A stretch of DNA of 64,000 bases from Podarcis vaucheri. Its lineage: Eukaryota. Every line of letters starts with the position of its first letter. Position 1 is the stretch's first letter. A program made the position numbers and the translations under genes. Where the stretch lies: assembly GCA_965113315.1 (NCBI GenBank), contig OZ220363.1; one strand, 5' to 3'. This document shows positions 52,501 to 63,377 of the stretch, piece after piece. The notes beneath the pieces were generated by a model, which did no database searches, had not been told where the DNA came from, and saw only the letters and a program-made list of their open reading frames with translations.

Positions 52501-53480
52501 CGTTGGAGCCGGCGCTCATCTGCCTTTCAAAGGTGTAGGATCTGCTGAAGCCGCCACCTGCCCGGTTTTTGTAGAGCGCTGCCTGGGCCAGTGGATCCAG
52601 CTGCTCAGACACAATGCTGTAGTGGTCATCCACACCCCCAGGACTGCCTGGCCCATCCGCCAGGCGCAGGGAGCGCAGGGACATGGTGTCATAGTTCTGA
52701 TGCCCCCGGTAGTTCCGCTCGTGAAAAGACCTGGGGCGGGGGGCAGTACTGGCAGACTGAGACAGCGTGTAATTTGGACTATAAGCCAGGCCCTTTGGCC
52801 CAACGCCATTGCTGATGGAGGCCATTCTCTTGTTGGGTCTGAGGTCCACTGCTGAGCGAGAGGACCAGCTAGTAGTTTTCATGGTGCTGTAACCTTTCTT
52901 TCCAGCTGGTGGTTGGTACAGCTATAATGGGAGGAAAGAAGGGAGTGCAATGTTTATTTTCAAAAGGAGATAGACTCTTCTATCAAATGAAATAATGCAG
53001 AGTATTTGGTTTGTCCTGCAAATGCCACACCCCAGCTGCAAGGTCAAGTGGGGAACTTTCCATACCACCCATTTATTTGCCCTTGATGGGCACCATCCTC
53101 AGTGAACTGGCAGGCCACATTCTGCTCTCAGTTAACAGCCATGCTGCTCTGCACAGAATCTTAAAAGCTGGCAGAGCTGGCTCTGACACCGTCACTGGGA
53201 TATTTTACTGAAACAATCGCTGCAAGATTGCATAGTACCATGGGGACCAGTTTTACAAAAGCAGGGAGGGCAAAAGTGGGAATTAGATTCCTTTAACGCT
53301 GGTGGTAATCATCACGACAGTCATCATCACCCACAATCGCAGTTCATTAGCAATCAATAGGTAGCAGAAAGAGCTGGGTTTTTGAACTTACAGAGCTTTT
53401 GGGGGCTGTGCCATTTGTCTGGGATCTGGAGCTGTAGTGCTGCTGCAGAGTGCTGCATTGGCCATTGGTGGAGTTTCCGC
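35791..53480 (-). CDS. PKP3: Plakophilin-3, 5'-partial, exons 2-13: 53480-53392, 52921-52188, 49429-49306, 48992-48788, 43312-43138, 42272-42155, 40311-40144, 39327-39142, 38122-37969, 37773-37581, 36853-36766, 35826-35791
   Basis: Phase-consistent GT-AG exons whose translations track human PKP3 (WSSRSAVDL, FDDIDLPSAVKYLMASDPNLQVLGAAYIQHKCYSD, armadillo repeats, KGYRKEDF). No exon 1 (RVQEQVR motif) found in the window. Confidence 0.96.
36766..36853 (-). CDS. PKP3: PKP3 exon 12
   Basis: Translates as SDSEKSSRAASSLLTNMWQYSKLHRDYKT. Confidence 0.95.
37581..37773 (-). CDS. PKP3: PKP3 exon 11
   Basis: Translates as TKVVSHLIEKLPGSSGEKWPPTDVVVNIIAVLNNLVV...DGLRKLFYIKKKRD. Confidence 0.96.
37969..38122 (-). 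CDS. PKP3: PKP3 exon 10
   Basis: Translates as WAGVLSRVALEQERILNPVLDRVRTADHHQLRSLTGLIRNLSRNARNKDEM. Confidence 0.96.
39142..39327 (-). CDS. PKP3: PKP3 exon 9
   Basis: Translates as LHMNSDIVTFTEVSKDPKGMEWLWNPQIIGVYNRLLQRCELNKHTTEAASGALQNITAGDRR; uses an AAG acceptor. Confidence 0.95.
40144..40311 (-). CDS. PKP3: PKP3 exon 8
   Basis: Translates as SVENAVCVLRNLSYRLYDEMPPSALQRLEG...VGCFSPQGRRARE. Confidence 0.96.
41465..41605. mobile_element. Degenerate short hAT MITE
   Basis: Ends ggagaacctt ... aaggttctcc, with an actacaactccca core. Confidence 0.6.
42155..42272 (-). CDS. PKP3: PKP3 exon 7
   Basis: Translates as NLSSASQQTRQKMRECHGLVDSMVNYINSSLEVGKSEDK. Confidence 0.96.
43138..43312 (-). CDS. 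PKP3: PKP3 exon 6
   Basis: Translates as ILWNLSSSDNLKDRLARDTLEKLTDLVL...EAEIFYNATGFLR. Confidence 0.96.
43719..43960. mobile_element. TcMar/pogo-type MITE, copy 3 of 5
   Basis: Same TIRs and TA TSD as the other copies. Confidence 0.88.
44116..44315 (+). mobile_element. tRNA-derived squamate SINE (Squam3-like); a partial copy also lies at about 48245-48320
   Basis: A/B-box head tagctcagtgacagagcatctgctttgcatgcagaaaggtcccagggttcagtccc; tail aaggcagctt...gttcct. Confidence 0.75.
44401..44628. mobile_element. TcMar/pogo-type MITE, copy 4 of 5 (inverted relative to copy 3)
   Basis: Same TIRs and TA TSD as the other copies. Confidence 0.88.
48788..48992 (-). CDS. PKP3: PKP3 exon 5
   Basis: Translates as ARSLQAVPKLVKLFNNSNHEVQRHATGAMRNLIYDNAENKLALVEENGIYELMRTLCEQDDELRKNVT. 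Confidence 0.96.
49306..49429 (-). CDS. PKP3: PKP3 exon 4
   Basis: Translates as FDDIDLPSAVKYLMASDPNLQVLGAAYIQHKCYSDNDAKKQ. Confidence 0.96.
49526..49570. repeat. (TA)n microsatellite, left flank of the Penelope palindrome
   Basis: Read directly from the sequence. Confidence 0.95.
49625..49662 (-). ncRNA. Mirror copy of the hammerhead motif, in the PKP3 sense orientation
   Basis: Exact reverse complement of 50590-50627. Confidence 0.65.
50590..50627 (+). ncRNA. Minimal hammerhead ribozyme motif (Penelope pLTR type)
   Basis: CUGAAGA-U-GACGAG-(UGAGAC)-CUCGUC-GAAA-CGUC: core boxes, perfect 6-bp helix II, palindromic ACGU helix III and a GUC site. Helix I is only about 2 bp. Confidence 0.65.
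50710..50788. repeat. (TA)n/(TATCTA)n microsatellite, right flank of the Penelope palindrome
   Basis: Read directly from the sequence. Confidence 0.95.
51465..51849. mobile_element. hAT MITE with internal ~69-bp triplication
   Basis: 16-bp imperfect TIRs and perfect 8-bp TSD gccttggc. Confidence 0.88.
52188..52921 (-). CDS. PKP3: PKP3 exon 3 (head domain)
   Basis: Translates as LYQPPAGKKGYSTMKTTSWSSRSAVDL...YDTMSLRSLRL...IRAPAMRTLQRFQS...RAPSVRSL. Confidence 0.95.
53392..53480 (-). CDS. PKP3: PKP3 exon 2 (GNSTNGQCSTLQQHYSSRSQTNGTAPKSS)
   Basis: tcctgcag acceptor and gtaagt donor, phase 1-0. Resembles human GQYHTLQAGFSSRSQ. Confidence 0.85.
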
Positions 53481-56400
53481 CTGCAGGACAAGAATACATT
53501 GAGCTCACTTAGCAAGGACAGTATTGCTTTGTTTGGCAAACAGTCCAACAGTTGGGGCAGCAGGACAGCAACTGGCTGGAGTTGACTAAACTTGGAAGGA
53601 GAAATACAATATGTATGAAAATATCAGACTTTACCCTTCAAATTCTAGAGGTCTGGATTATGGGTCCATGGCAGACCTCAGTTTCTATGTTAATCAAAAC
53701 AAGTGTCTTGGCTTAAATTACTCCCATGTTATGTTTCCCAGTTAATCCTGGAAACTAGTTTATACTGTTACGGTTGGTTGTTCTAGCCTAATATTGTCCC
53801 CTCAGACTGGAAACAGTTCTCCAAGGTCCCAGGCACAGGTCCTTCTCAGCCCTGAAATGAGAGATCCTGTTAACGGGAGATGCCACAGGCTGACCCTGGG
53901 TGTCATGATTCCAGAGTGACCAGGACACAAAAATAGAGACTATAGCATCACCGGCCTAGGAGCTACATCAGGTTCCTGACTCTGTCTCCAATGCTGGTTC
54001 AGGGAACCACTGAAGCCCATCTCATACAACATGAGATGTAGCCACAAATGGAATCTTCCCCAGGGCCCATGGAACTGAGTGCCTCTCATACTAGCTTGCC
54101 AGTCTAATGGCAAAGAGAGTGTGTGCTAGGTAGGAAGCTATAGAGTGCAGGAGAAGTCCCAGTCCTCAGGCCAGGGGGTGGGCCTTCAAGGGACTCTAGC
54201 AGGAGGAGCCTACGAGAGGTGACTGGAGGCAGAGGCTCAAATTTTCAATTCCAGCTCTGGTTTGAGCAAGTTGCTCAGCTAAGAGCTCTTCTTGCTACAT
54301 GGGCTCCTCCATGGGACCAGAAGAGGACAGTAGTGGACACTGCACATAGAAGTTGTAGTTCCTGGAAATAAAGGCAGAGGTACATCAAGAAGAATCCACC
54401 TAATCCAGCATTCTTTTTCTAGCTGAAAACTTGTAAGCAAGACATAGCATGATGTCTATGCCATTTGTCCACCAGAAACCACTATCCTCCATCTATATTT
54501 GGGAGATTCAATGTCACTGTCATGACTTCCTGCAATATATATCTTAGACCATGCAGCCTGTGTGATGAAAGACCATGGTGGCTGTCTATGACACAGTTCC
54601 ATACCTTATGGCAGCCCAGGGAATTCAGAGAAGTGGAGGCCACCAGACCATTGACCTTATGAATCCTCCACCACACGGGGACTGGCCTTACTCAGGATTT
54701 TATTTACCTTCAGAACCCTGTACTAACTTCTTAAGCAATGTCACCTCTTTAGTCCTAGGTATTCTGGTTGGGAAACAGTTGATTATGTGTGTGGATTACC
54801 TTATCTTTTTTCTCACCTACCCAGGCCTTTGCCAAGTGACATTATATACACCAAATTGTTCTTTCCTGGGTGCTTTTGGGATTGCATCCTTGGTTTATCT
54901 AACCAATGTTCTTTAAGGACCTTGCTCTCACTATGATCTATATTTCATTCCTATTGATAACTCATTTCTGGGGACACTACAGTTACTCAGAAGTGTGGAA
55001 TATGTTTTCTGCAGTTACACAGAGGAACTTTTGGCCAACCTAACTTTGTGTATCTCAGGGATGAACCCTGTCATTAGAAACAGATCCTAGGAATGAACCC
55101 TGGCAGAAATTAAATCCTAGTACTAACTTGAGCATTGATAAATGCTGAGTAGCACAGGGCTATTTACTGCTTGATAGATTCCTGGATATGAAAGCTTCTG
55201 TTAATTCAGTCTAAAATTACACTGGCCTCCATTTCACTCCACTGCATGAAACTGTTGACTCAGTTGGTTATCTATTATCACCCTTAAATGCTTGTTGGCA
55301 TCATGACTGCATAGCCAATTATCCAATAACTTGTCAAGGGTCTCTGACCTGAACCTAATTTTAAAGCTATCCCTCATTGCCCTTGCAATGTCCCTCTTGT
55401 CCACCATATGTTCCTAGTCATTTGGATTTGCCTGCAGCCAAACCTTATATAGCTCAGAGAGGCCATCCATTGTAGCGCCTGCCAAAACCATAGCAAAAAG
55501 CTCGCAAACACATTGAGGTGTCCCACACTTTCTAGAGCGTAAATTACTGTTACAAAAATGTCCTTTATTTCAGAACCTCCTTGTTTTCCACAAGACAACT
55601 GTCTAGCTTCCACTCTTTGAGCTTGTCAGTTCTTCCAAAGATACCTTCATCCTCTACAAAGGCTCAAAGCTTTTCACAAAGAACACAAGGGCATAATAAG
55701 TACCTTGCTGGTTCAAATCAAAGGTCTACCTAGCCAGTCCATCATTCTGCCTCAGAATGTGGGCAGCCAGGTGTCTCTGACAAACTCACTAGACAAAAAA
55801 ATGGCAACAATCATACCCTTTAGTTCGTTTCCAAACAGCTGGTATTCACTTAAACTAGGGATGCAGCCTCAAAACATGGGAATGTTTGCAATCATGGGTA
55901 ACATCTATCAAAAGTAAGCTAAGCTTGAACTCATCACCATACTCGTGGTAATTCACACCATTAGTTAATGAACCACTCTATGAATAAGTACTTTTTCTTC
56001 ATCCTAGACCAAATATTTCCTTGAGCAACTTTGTGTTCTGTTCTTATGGGAGAAGGTGGACAATTTCTTTCTCGCCATTCTCTTCACATCATTCATGATT
56101 GTATAAACTTTAGCTTGTGCCCTCTGAGTTGTCTATTTTCTAAGCCAAGTAAAGTATTATTTCATTTTTATAGGAATTTTGACTTCCCCAATTATCTCTC
56201 TCATGTCAGGTTGTTTTGTCTTTGCTTGACCCTCATTTAGAGGCTTCCATCTTCCATTTTAAATCCATAAGACTGAGATATGAGTTATCCTCCATCTTAC
56301 TGCATTTGGCTCTTCCCTTTCCTGTCATCCATTTATTTGTGGTGGTTTTCTGATGCTCTTTTAATCAGATTGTAATAGCATGGTGGTTCACATTCCACCT

Positions 56401-56720
56401 ACGCATGAATTCCTGGATAATATCCCAGAACACACTGTACTGGGATCTGGCACAGTGCCTTCTGGGTAATGACACCTCCGTTCACTTTTTGGGAAGAAAG
56501 TGGAAATGGCTACATATTTTGGAAATATGATCTATTCATCCATTATGATTAAAAATCATTAGCGTGGTGATTATTAAAGGTGCCCTTGTTCAGAGGTGCA
56601 TGCCTCCTAGGGCTACTGCAAGGTAGAAGGGGGAAATGAAAATGGCAGGGAATCGTACTAGCTTTGCACTTGTCAGAGGCCCAGATGGGACATAACACTA
56701 AGCCAAACCATGACTTAGAG

Positions 56721-56848
56721 CAGGTATCCCCAACCTTCGGCCCTCCAGATGTTTTGGACTACAATTCCCACCATCCCTGACCACTGGTCCTGTTAGCTAG
56801 GGATCATGGGAGTTGTAGGCCAAAGCATCTGGAGGTTGGGGATGCCTG
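56721..56848. mobile_element. Short hAT MITE related to the 24590 element
   Basis: caggtatccccaacc ... ggttggggatgcctg, with the shared ccctccagatgttttggactacaa core. Confidence 0.8.
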
Positions 56849-58019
56849 AATAACCAAACGTGCAGGTTCCCAGAGAGAAGACTGGCCGCTTTGCTTTTTC
56901 TCTGGTCCTGCTGCTGCCATGCTGTGAGCTGAGCATGGCAAACCATAGAACAAACCTTGGCTACAGCTCACAGTTTGTCTAGAGCAAGATAAACCATGAG
57001 CCCAGGTTTGGACACAACACTAAGCCAAATCACGGCACGGTGCTGTATGTTCTTCTCCCAGCTGTGTCACACACAATCCTTGATCACAGGTCATATTGCG
57101 GGTGAGAGAAAAGGAAAGACCAGGACATTAGCACTGCTATCAGCACTGAACAAGTTTGCATCAGCAATGTTAGTAGAGGAAACCTCCAAAGCAAAGGCAC
57201 TTGCTTCCTGTGCCCTTCGCAAAAGGGACCCTATTGTCATAGTTTACAACTCAAGTGCCAAAGAACAGTGTGGGAAATGGCTTTGGAGCTGTCCTCTCAC
57301 TTTCTTATCTGCAAAATGCTTGGTTTTTCTTCTTGCTTGGCTGCACTGGTTCTCCTTTCTGACAAACAGAAATGCAAGACGGGGCTAGATAATAAACTTC
57401 AGCTCCTTCTGTTCCCTCTCCATTAACTTTCTCCACTCCTTCTTTCCCAGGCATCCTTTCATTTTGTATAAATATTAAAACACTTTTTAAATGGTTGCTT
57501 AACAAAGGCCCTTTTTAGAAAGCTGTAACCTGGCACAGTTCCTGGATAGCTGAAGGGAGTTGACCAGCTATCAGCACAGCCATAATGCTACTGAGGGATT
57601 GTATTTCAGAAGCTGCAGAGTCATCCGGAGAGACCCGAGCCAAAATCCAGCAAGTAGAATGTTTTTGGTGGGCTCAGATTTTGTTCTGAGCCAATGTTTA
57701 ATGTTTTTTCTCAGAACCATCTGACTGCTTTTGCGGCTGTGAGGGAGGAGATACGTACAGCAGTATCCCATATCCATTTTAGAAGAATCTGTAGAAGATA
57801 ACAACTCAGAAGAAGTGTAAAACATGGTTTACCACTAAACTTGAATGAACAAAATCTCATTTTGACTGATGTTCAAGCCAGACCAAGAAACAAGTCTTAA
57901 CCCCTATGGGCAAGTTTACACTAGCAGTTTTTTGGATGATACCATATGAGATGCACCCCTAAGACTGGAAATATTGTGCATTCCCCAGAGACAGAACACC
58001 ATTGGTGTGCCTGGGGTTT

Positions 58020-58046
58020 TGTGTGTGTGTGTGTGTGTGTGTGTGC
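58020..58046. repeat. (TG)n microsatellite
   Basis: Read directly from the sequence. Confidence 0.95.
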
Positions 58047-58696
58047 GCATGTGCTTTAAAGCTGGGGAACAGTTTTTGCTCCTAAGACATGCTGTACTCT
58101 TAAGCGCTTGGCACAGAACACGCTAACTAGCTAGCTACACTATTGCAACATCAAGTTATAATGACATAGCAAATATGCTAGTGCACAAGCTTAGAGAAGT
58201 AGTATTATTTAATGCTTAAAAACAGCACCATGGACTGGTTTAAAAGATCTATGGTAGTTCAAAACATCAAAAGAAAATCTATACAAATTGTCACTATGCA
58301 CAGCTCAGAAGAGGGAGGAAAAAGTTGCTACTACCAAGCAAGAAACACCATTTATGTGAAGCCTGTCACTTAACTCAGGGGTCACAAACACAATGCCCAT
58401 GAGAACCAATATGCCCACCAGTTCCTTCTATGACACCCTCAAAAGGTATCAGTAAATATCTCCTCAAAAACCCATAATGTATGAGGGACTATTTGCTCTT
58501 ACTGCTCACTTCCTGATTGCACCAGCTTGGTCTGTCCTATATTCTCCCATAGGAGCCATTTTATGTTCTGCCACACCCCCATGGCAGCCATTTTGTGACT
58601 GGCACCCACAACCTTAAACCCTTTGTTCTTTTTAAAGAATACCATTTTCATACATTAATCCCTTATTACGCTTTCCTTTCTCTCTGTGTGTTCTCC

Positions 58697-58698
<2 letters not shown>

Positions 58699-58752
<54 letters not shown>
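58699..58752. repeat. (CT)n(CA)n microsatellite
   Basis: Read directly from the sequence. Confidence 0.95.
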
Positions 58753-59101
58753 GTTTATGTTTAGTGTATATGAGATCATTATATGGACAATTTCCTCAAT
58801 CAAGGAACAGCTGCTAGAATGGGACTCCTAAAACCAGTGGGAGAAACAAAAGGGGTGTCTAGAATTCAGGTCCATTAAAATGGTGTGGATAATGTTTTAA
58901 GGCCTGGTGTCAAATCATATAGCATACAAAACACCACAAAGAATCACCATTTATTTACACTACAAAGGGGAAATGGAGATGGAAAGGATAAAGAAACACT
59001 GCATAATTAAGGAAACTACCACGCCTATCTTGTGTAATGCACCAATGTTTAAAGGTGTAGATTTTGTAAAAGCTTGATGAAGCTGCAGTGAGAGAAAAAT
59101 A

Positions 59102-59343
59102 CAGTGGTACCTCAGGTTAAGTACTTAATTCGTACCGGAGGTCTGTACTTAACCTGAAACTGTTCTTAACCTGAAGCACCACTTTAGCTAATGGGGCCTG
59201 CTGCTGCTGCCACGCCGCCGGAGCACGATTTCTGTTCTCATCCTGAGGCAAAGTTCTTAATACGAGGTAATATTTCTGGGTTAGCGGAGTCTGTAACCTG
59301 AAGTGTATGTAACCTGAAGTGTATGTAACCTGAGGTACCACTG
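59102..59343. mobile_element. TcMar/pogo-type MITE, copy 5 of 5
   Basis: Same TIRs and TA TSD as the other copies. Confidence 0.88.
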
Positions 59344-61346
59344 TATGCACCTGCAACACTAGAGGACCTTCTCCTGAAAGAGACAGGAACCAAAGTATTT
59401 TCCAAATAGGATACTTTAGTATCTAGCAAATACCTTTGACAAACTAGACTGCTACACTGACTAGATTTATCACACCCTTTGGGAGATTTTGTTTTCAGCA
59501 CTTACCATTTGGAATTGCAAGTGCTTCCTAGATTTTTTAAACAAAGATGACAGAAGTCCTGAGAGAGATAAAAGGAGTAATTGTCTTCCTGAATGACATT
59601 CTAATGCAGAGTACATCAGTGGAAGAAAGACCATGACAAAACACTGGTCACTGTCAGGAATAAGATCCATTAATCTGGACTAAATATAAACAAGGAGAAA
59701 TGCATTTTTCATCAAGGTGAAGTTGAATTACTTGGACAACTAATCACACAACATGGGACAAAGCCATGCCTAGAGATGGTAAATGCCATCAAAGAACTGA
59801 AAGCACTGAAGGCTGCAGAACTGAGACAATTTCTGGGAATGCTGAACTATCTTTCTATGATGATATTTGTACAATACTTCAAAAGATAAACAACCACTAC
59901 ACCGATTATTGAAATCCACTACTTCCTGGTTTTGTGGATCAATTCTGTGGGCTATCTTTAAAAATATAAATGAGATGTTCGCCAATCTTAGTTTTAGGAT
60001 GCCACAAGCCTACAATGGGTAGCAGTGATGCAAGAAACTGCAGATTTAGAAGGCGTGCTATTACAATTGCATGGTTCAGAATGGATGCCAGTCACATTCT
60101 GCTCTAGAACTCTAACCAGAGCAGAAAAAAAATATTATGAAAAAATTGAGAATTTTTTTTGCTAGTGTTTGGTCATGCAAAAACTTTTACAGATACCTAT
60201 GTGATCTGTCTTATTTCAGATTCGCAGACCATAATCCCTTGGTGACCTTGATTAAAGAAAAAAATATGTAGCAGAATATATTACAAGAAAACAATTGATC
60301 ATAGCAGACACCTTGTCACAAAGTCCCACAAGAGCCTGATTATATTCTGCTGAGAGTGAACATGGAATACTTAACAAAAACTGATGATATCTTCTTCCTA
60401 TCACTGAGAAGGTGCAATCACCAAAAGCAAACTCTCGGGCTTGCATAGTAGAACTAACAGCAATGTTACTGTCACGACTACTACTTACTCTGAGTTATTT
60501 GGAAGCTGTCAAGGTAAATGACCGAAGACCTGAACTATCAAGTAGTTTAACAGCACTGATGTACTGGTTGTTTATTTAAATAAGGAAGGGATGTTGTGTG
60601 GATAGTGTCATTCTCTGGTTTGGTCAATAGATGGCATTGTACTTAGTTAAATCTAAATGGCTTCAAGAGTTTCCTTTGTTGGTTCTTTCTTGTTGGAGAC
60701 AATGATGTTCTTATCTAGCTGCCTGACTGGGATGCCCTCTAAGCCTTCCATGACATGTGATAACAAATCTATTTAGAGTAATGCTTATACAAATCAAAAC
60801 TAATTATTATGTGCAAAGACGAAACCAAACCAAAGGAGTTGCTATGGGAGTGAAAAAAGGGTTGTGCAAACTAACCTTGCATGTCTCCATGTTATACTAA
60901 TTAATTCATTACTTAGAAACGTATGAGGTCAGCACTTAAAGAATGTGTGAACCTTCCTAAGTGTTGCACCACAATAAAGACACCCTCAGTTTTTCCTCCT
61001 CTGAAAGAAATTGTCCTCTTACCGTAAAATGTAAGTAAAGTGGGGGAATCTCTCTTCATACCAGAAGATTAGGAAACTAGGTCTGTTTCTGCAGAGGCTT
61101 TCAACTTATTAAGCTAAACAAGATAAGCTTTATAGAGGAAATGCAGCGCTCAGAGTGAAAATTCCTCCCATTTTACTGAACAGCTGCATGTGTAGTTATC
61201 AAACATGACCCTAAGTTAAAAGAATAATCATTTAGGAGCTGTTTGCCAAATAAATCCAATGACAGATGAGGCTGATTTCCCAGCAGTGGAGGAGACACAA
61301 ACCAGGCTCAAAACCGCAAATAAAATCTGAGCATTTCTCATTAATG

Positions 61347-61705
61347 CAGGCACACCTCATTTATTGTGCTTTGCTTTATTGTGCTTCACAGATATTGCTC
61401 CTTACAAGGATGCAGGTGCAGCTGCAGGCAGCCCAGCCACATCCAAGGGAAGGAAGCGCTCTGCTACCACCCTTCTTCTGGCTACAGGAGGGGAGCTGGC
61501 TAGTGCTGGACTTGGGCTTTCCCCCTCCTGCCCCTGATGACGGGGGCGGGGGGGGGGCTGGCTTAGTAGCCTACAGCATAGAGAAAACATAACTTTTATA
61601 TGCACTAGGAAACAAAAACAAAAAATGTGTGACTTGCTTTAATGCAATATTTGCTTTATTGTGCTGGCCTAGAACCAAATCCATAATATCTCCGAGGTAC
61701 ACCTG
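61347..61705 (+). mobile_element. Tigger1-like non-autonomous DNA transposon
   Basis: Ends caggcacacctcatttattgtgctttgctttattgtgcttcacagata and aatatctccgaggtacacctg|ta resemble both termini of mammalian Tigger1 as I recall them. Confidence 0.72.
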
Positions 61706-62316
61706 TATCTCCATCCTTCTCTGTGGCATTCTTTGTTTTGCAGCTACTTTTTAGCTCAAGGGGCTGGCTTAGAGCAGGATGGGAAACCTGTGGCCCTCCA
61801 GATATTGTTTGACTGTGTAGCAAGACACCCCACTGTATACTTTATATGTGGAGGACCAGATTTTATTTCTCACTTATTCACTTTCTAACCACCAAATATT
61901 AGCATTAGTAAACTGTATAGTTCTGATAACTATATTCCAGAAGCTATGGTATGATAGATGTGGTACAAAACCATCTAGACACTCTTTTATAATTAAATAT
62001 ATTTATTTATTATAAATATAGAGGTATAATAAGGCGAGTTTTATACTTCAGTTTGTTACTATTGCTTTAAGACATACTTATATTTGCTCTAATAAGGTTC
62101 CTGTATCTTTAAATGACAATTATAAAGGCTTACATAAGGCTGACTGGTAAAACTTAGTTCCTAACCCTATTTAACTTAATACCGCTTAGTCTGTCTTCCC
62201 AGTCAATCTCACTACCAAGTCCTTTGAGACAGGCTTGCAGGCAGTTCTCACTCTGGACAGCTCCAGAAGCTCCTTGCTGAATGCCCCTCATTCCTTAATG
62301 CCCTTATACGGCCTCA

Positions 62317-62528
62317 TATATGCATACGACTTTCCTCCTGCACTGTTTTCCTGAAATTATCTCCCCAAGCAAGACGGAAAGTGCCTATATTTTTCCCCAT
62401 GCAGGGCAAATGCAGCTGTGTGAAAGATTTTGATCAGGAAAACAGTGTAAGGAGAGACGTATAAAAATACACATCTCATGTACTGCTCCAAAGAAATAGG
62501 CAGCCTTCCCCACCCACACCCCTTGTTC
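62317..62528 (+). repeat. 212-bp direct repeat, copy 1
   Basis: Matches 63166-63377 with 4 substitutions. Confidence 0.95.
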
Positions 62529-63165
62529 AGCTTATTCAGTGATCCAGCTCTTTGGGGGAAGACTATCTTTCCAGCTTGGATAGCCTCTAGCCTGTCTTCC
62601 ACCTGCTTCAACTCCTTCCTCTCCCTCTCCCTCTCCATCTTTGCCCCCTGTTCTTCACCCCTCATCATTTGTCAGCTTCAACAGTCGTAGAATAGACCTA
62701 TTTATGTCCCAGCCAGCCTATTCTTCAATGAATCAGATTTGATTCATTAAATCCCTCCCTCCTCATCAGCCCACTTTCCCCATCCAATAAGTGACCAATA
62801 AATTCTGCCCAATATGCCAGTCAGAAATGTAGTTTTCCAGTTGCAGGAAAATGGGATGGCTTATTCCTCACTAATGACCATATCTTTCTTGTTTTACTTG
62901 AATATTTTTATTTGTTATGTCTGCGTCTCATTCTTCCTCCAAGCTGCTCAAGGAAGTATACTTGGGAGGTTGTCTGGTTTATCCTTGCATCACCACTGTG
63001 AGGAAGGTTAAGTCCATGCATAATGGCTAAGCAGTGATGTAAACCCAGATGTCCCCAGTCACAAAGGTCAGCTACGTATTATGTGCATAATCTGCTATTG
63101 GATCACTTGTTATTTAAAAGGCAAAATGTAGATGGGGGAGGGCTGTCAATTTATTTGAAGCAGAG

Positions 63166-63377
63166 TATATGCATACGACTTTCCTCCTGCACGGTTTTCC
63201 TGAAATTATCTCCCCAAGCAAGACGGAAAGTGCCTATATTTTTCCCCATGCAGGGCAAATGCAGCTGTGTGAAAGATTTTGATCAGGAAAACAGTGTGAG
63301 GAGAGACGTATAAAAATACACATCTCATGTACTGCTCCAAAGATATAGGCAACCTTCCCCACCCACACCCCTTGTTC
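63166..63377 (+). repeat. 212-bp direct repeat, copy 2
   Basis: Matches 62317-62528 at an offset of 849 bp. Confidence 0.95.

Noticed and set aside
52223-52855. 210-aa + strand ORF
   Set aside because: Antisense shadow of the GC-rich PKP3 exon 3, with no recognisable protein features.
53900-55110. Possible decayed LTR-retrotransposon segment
   Set aside because: Only faint resemblance; no intact motif or paired LTRs could be confirmed by eye.
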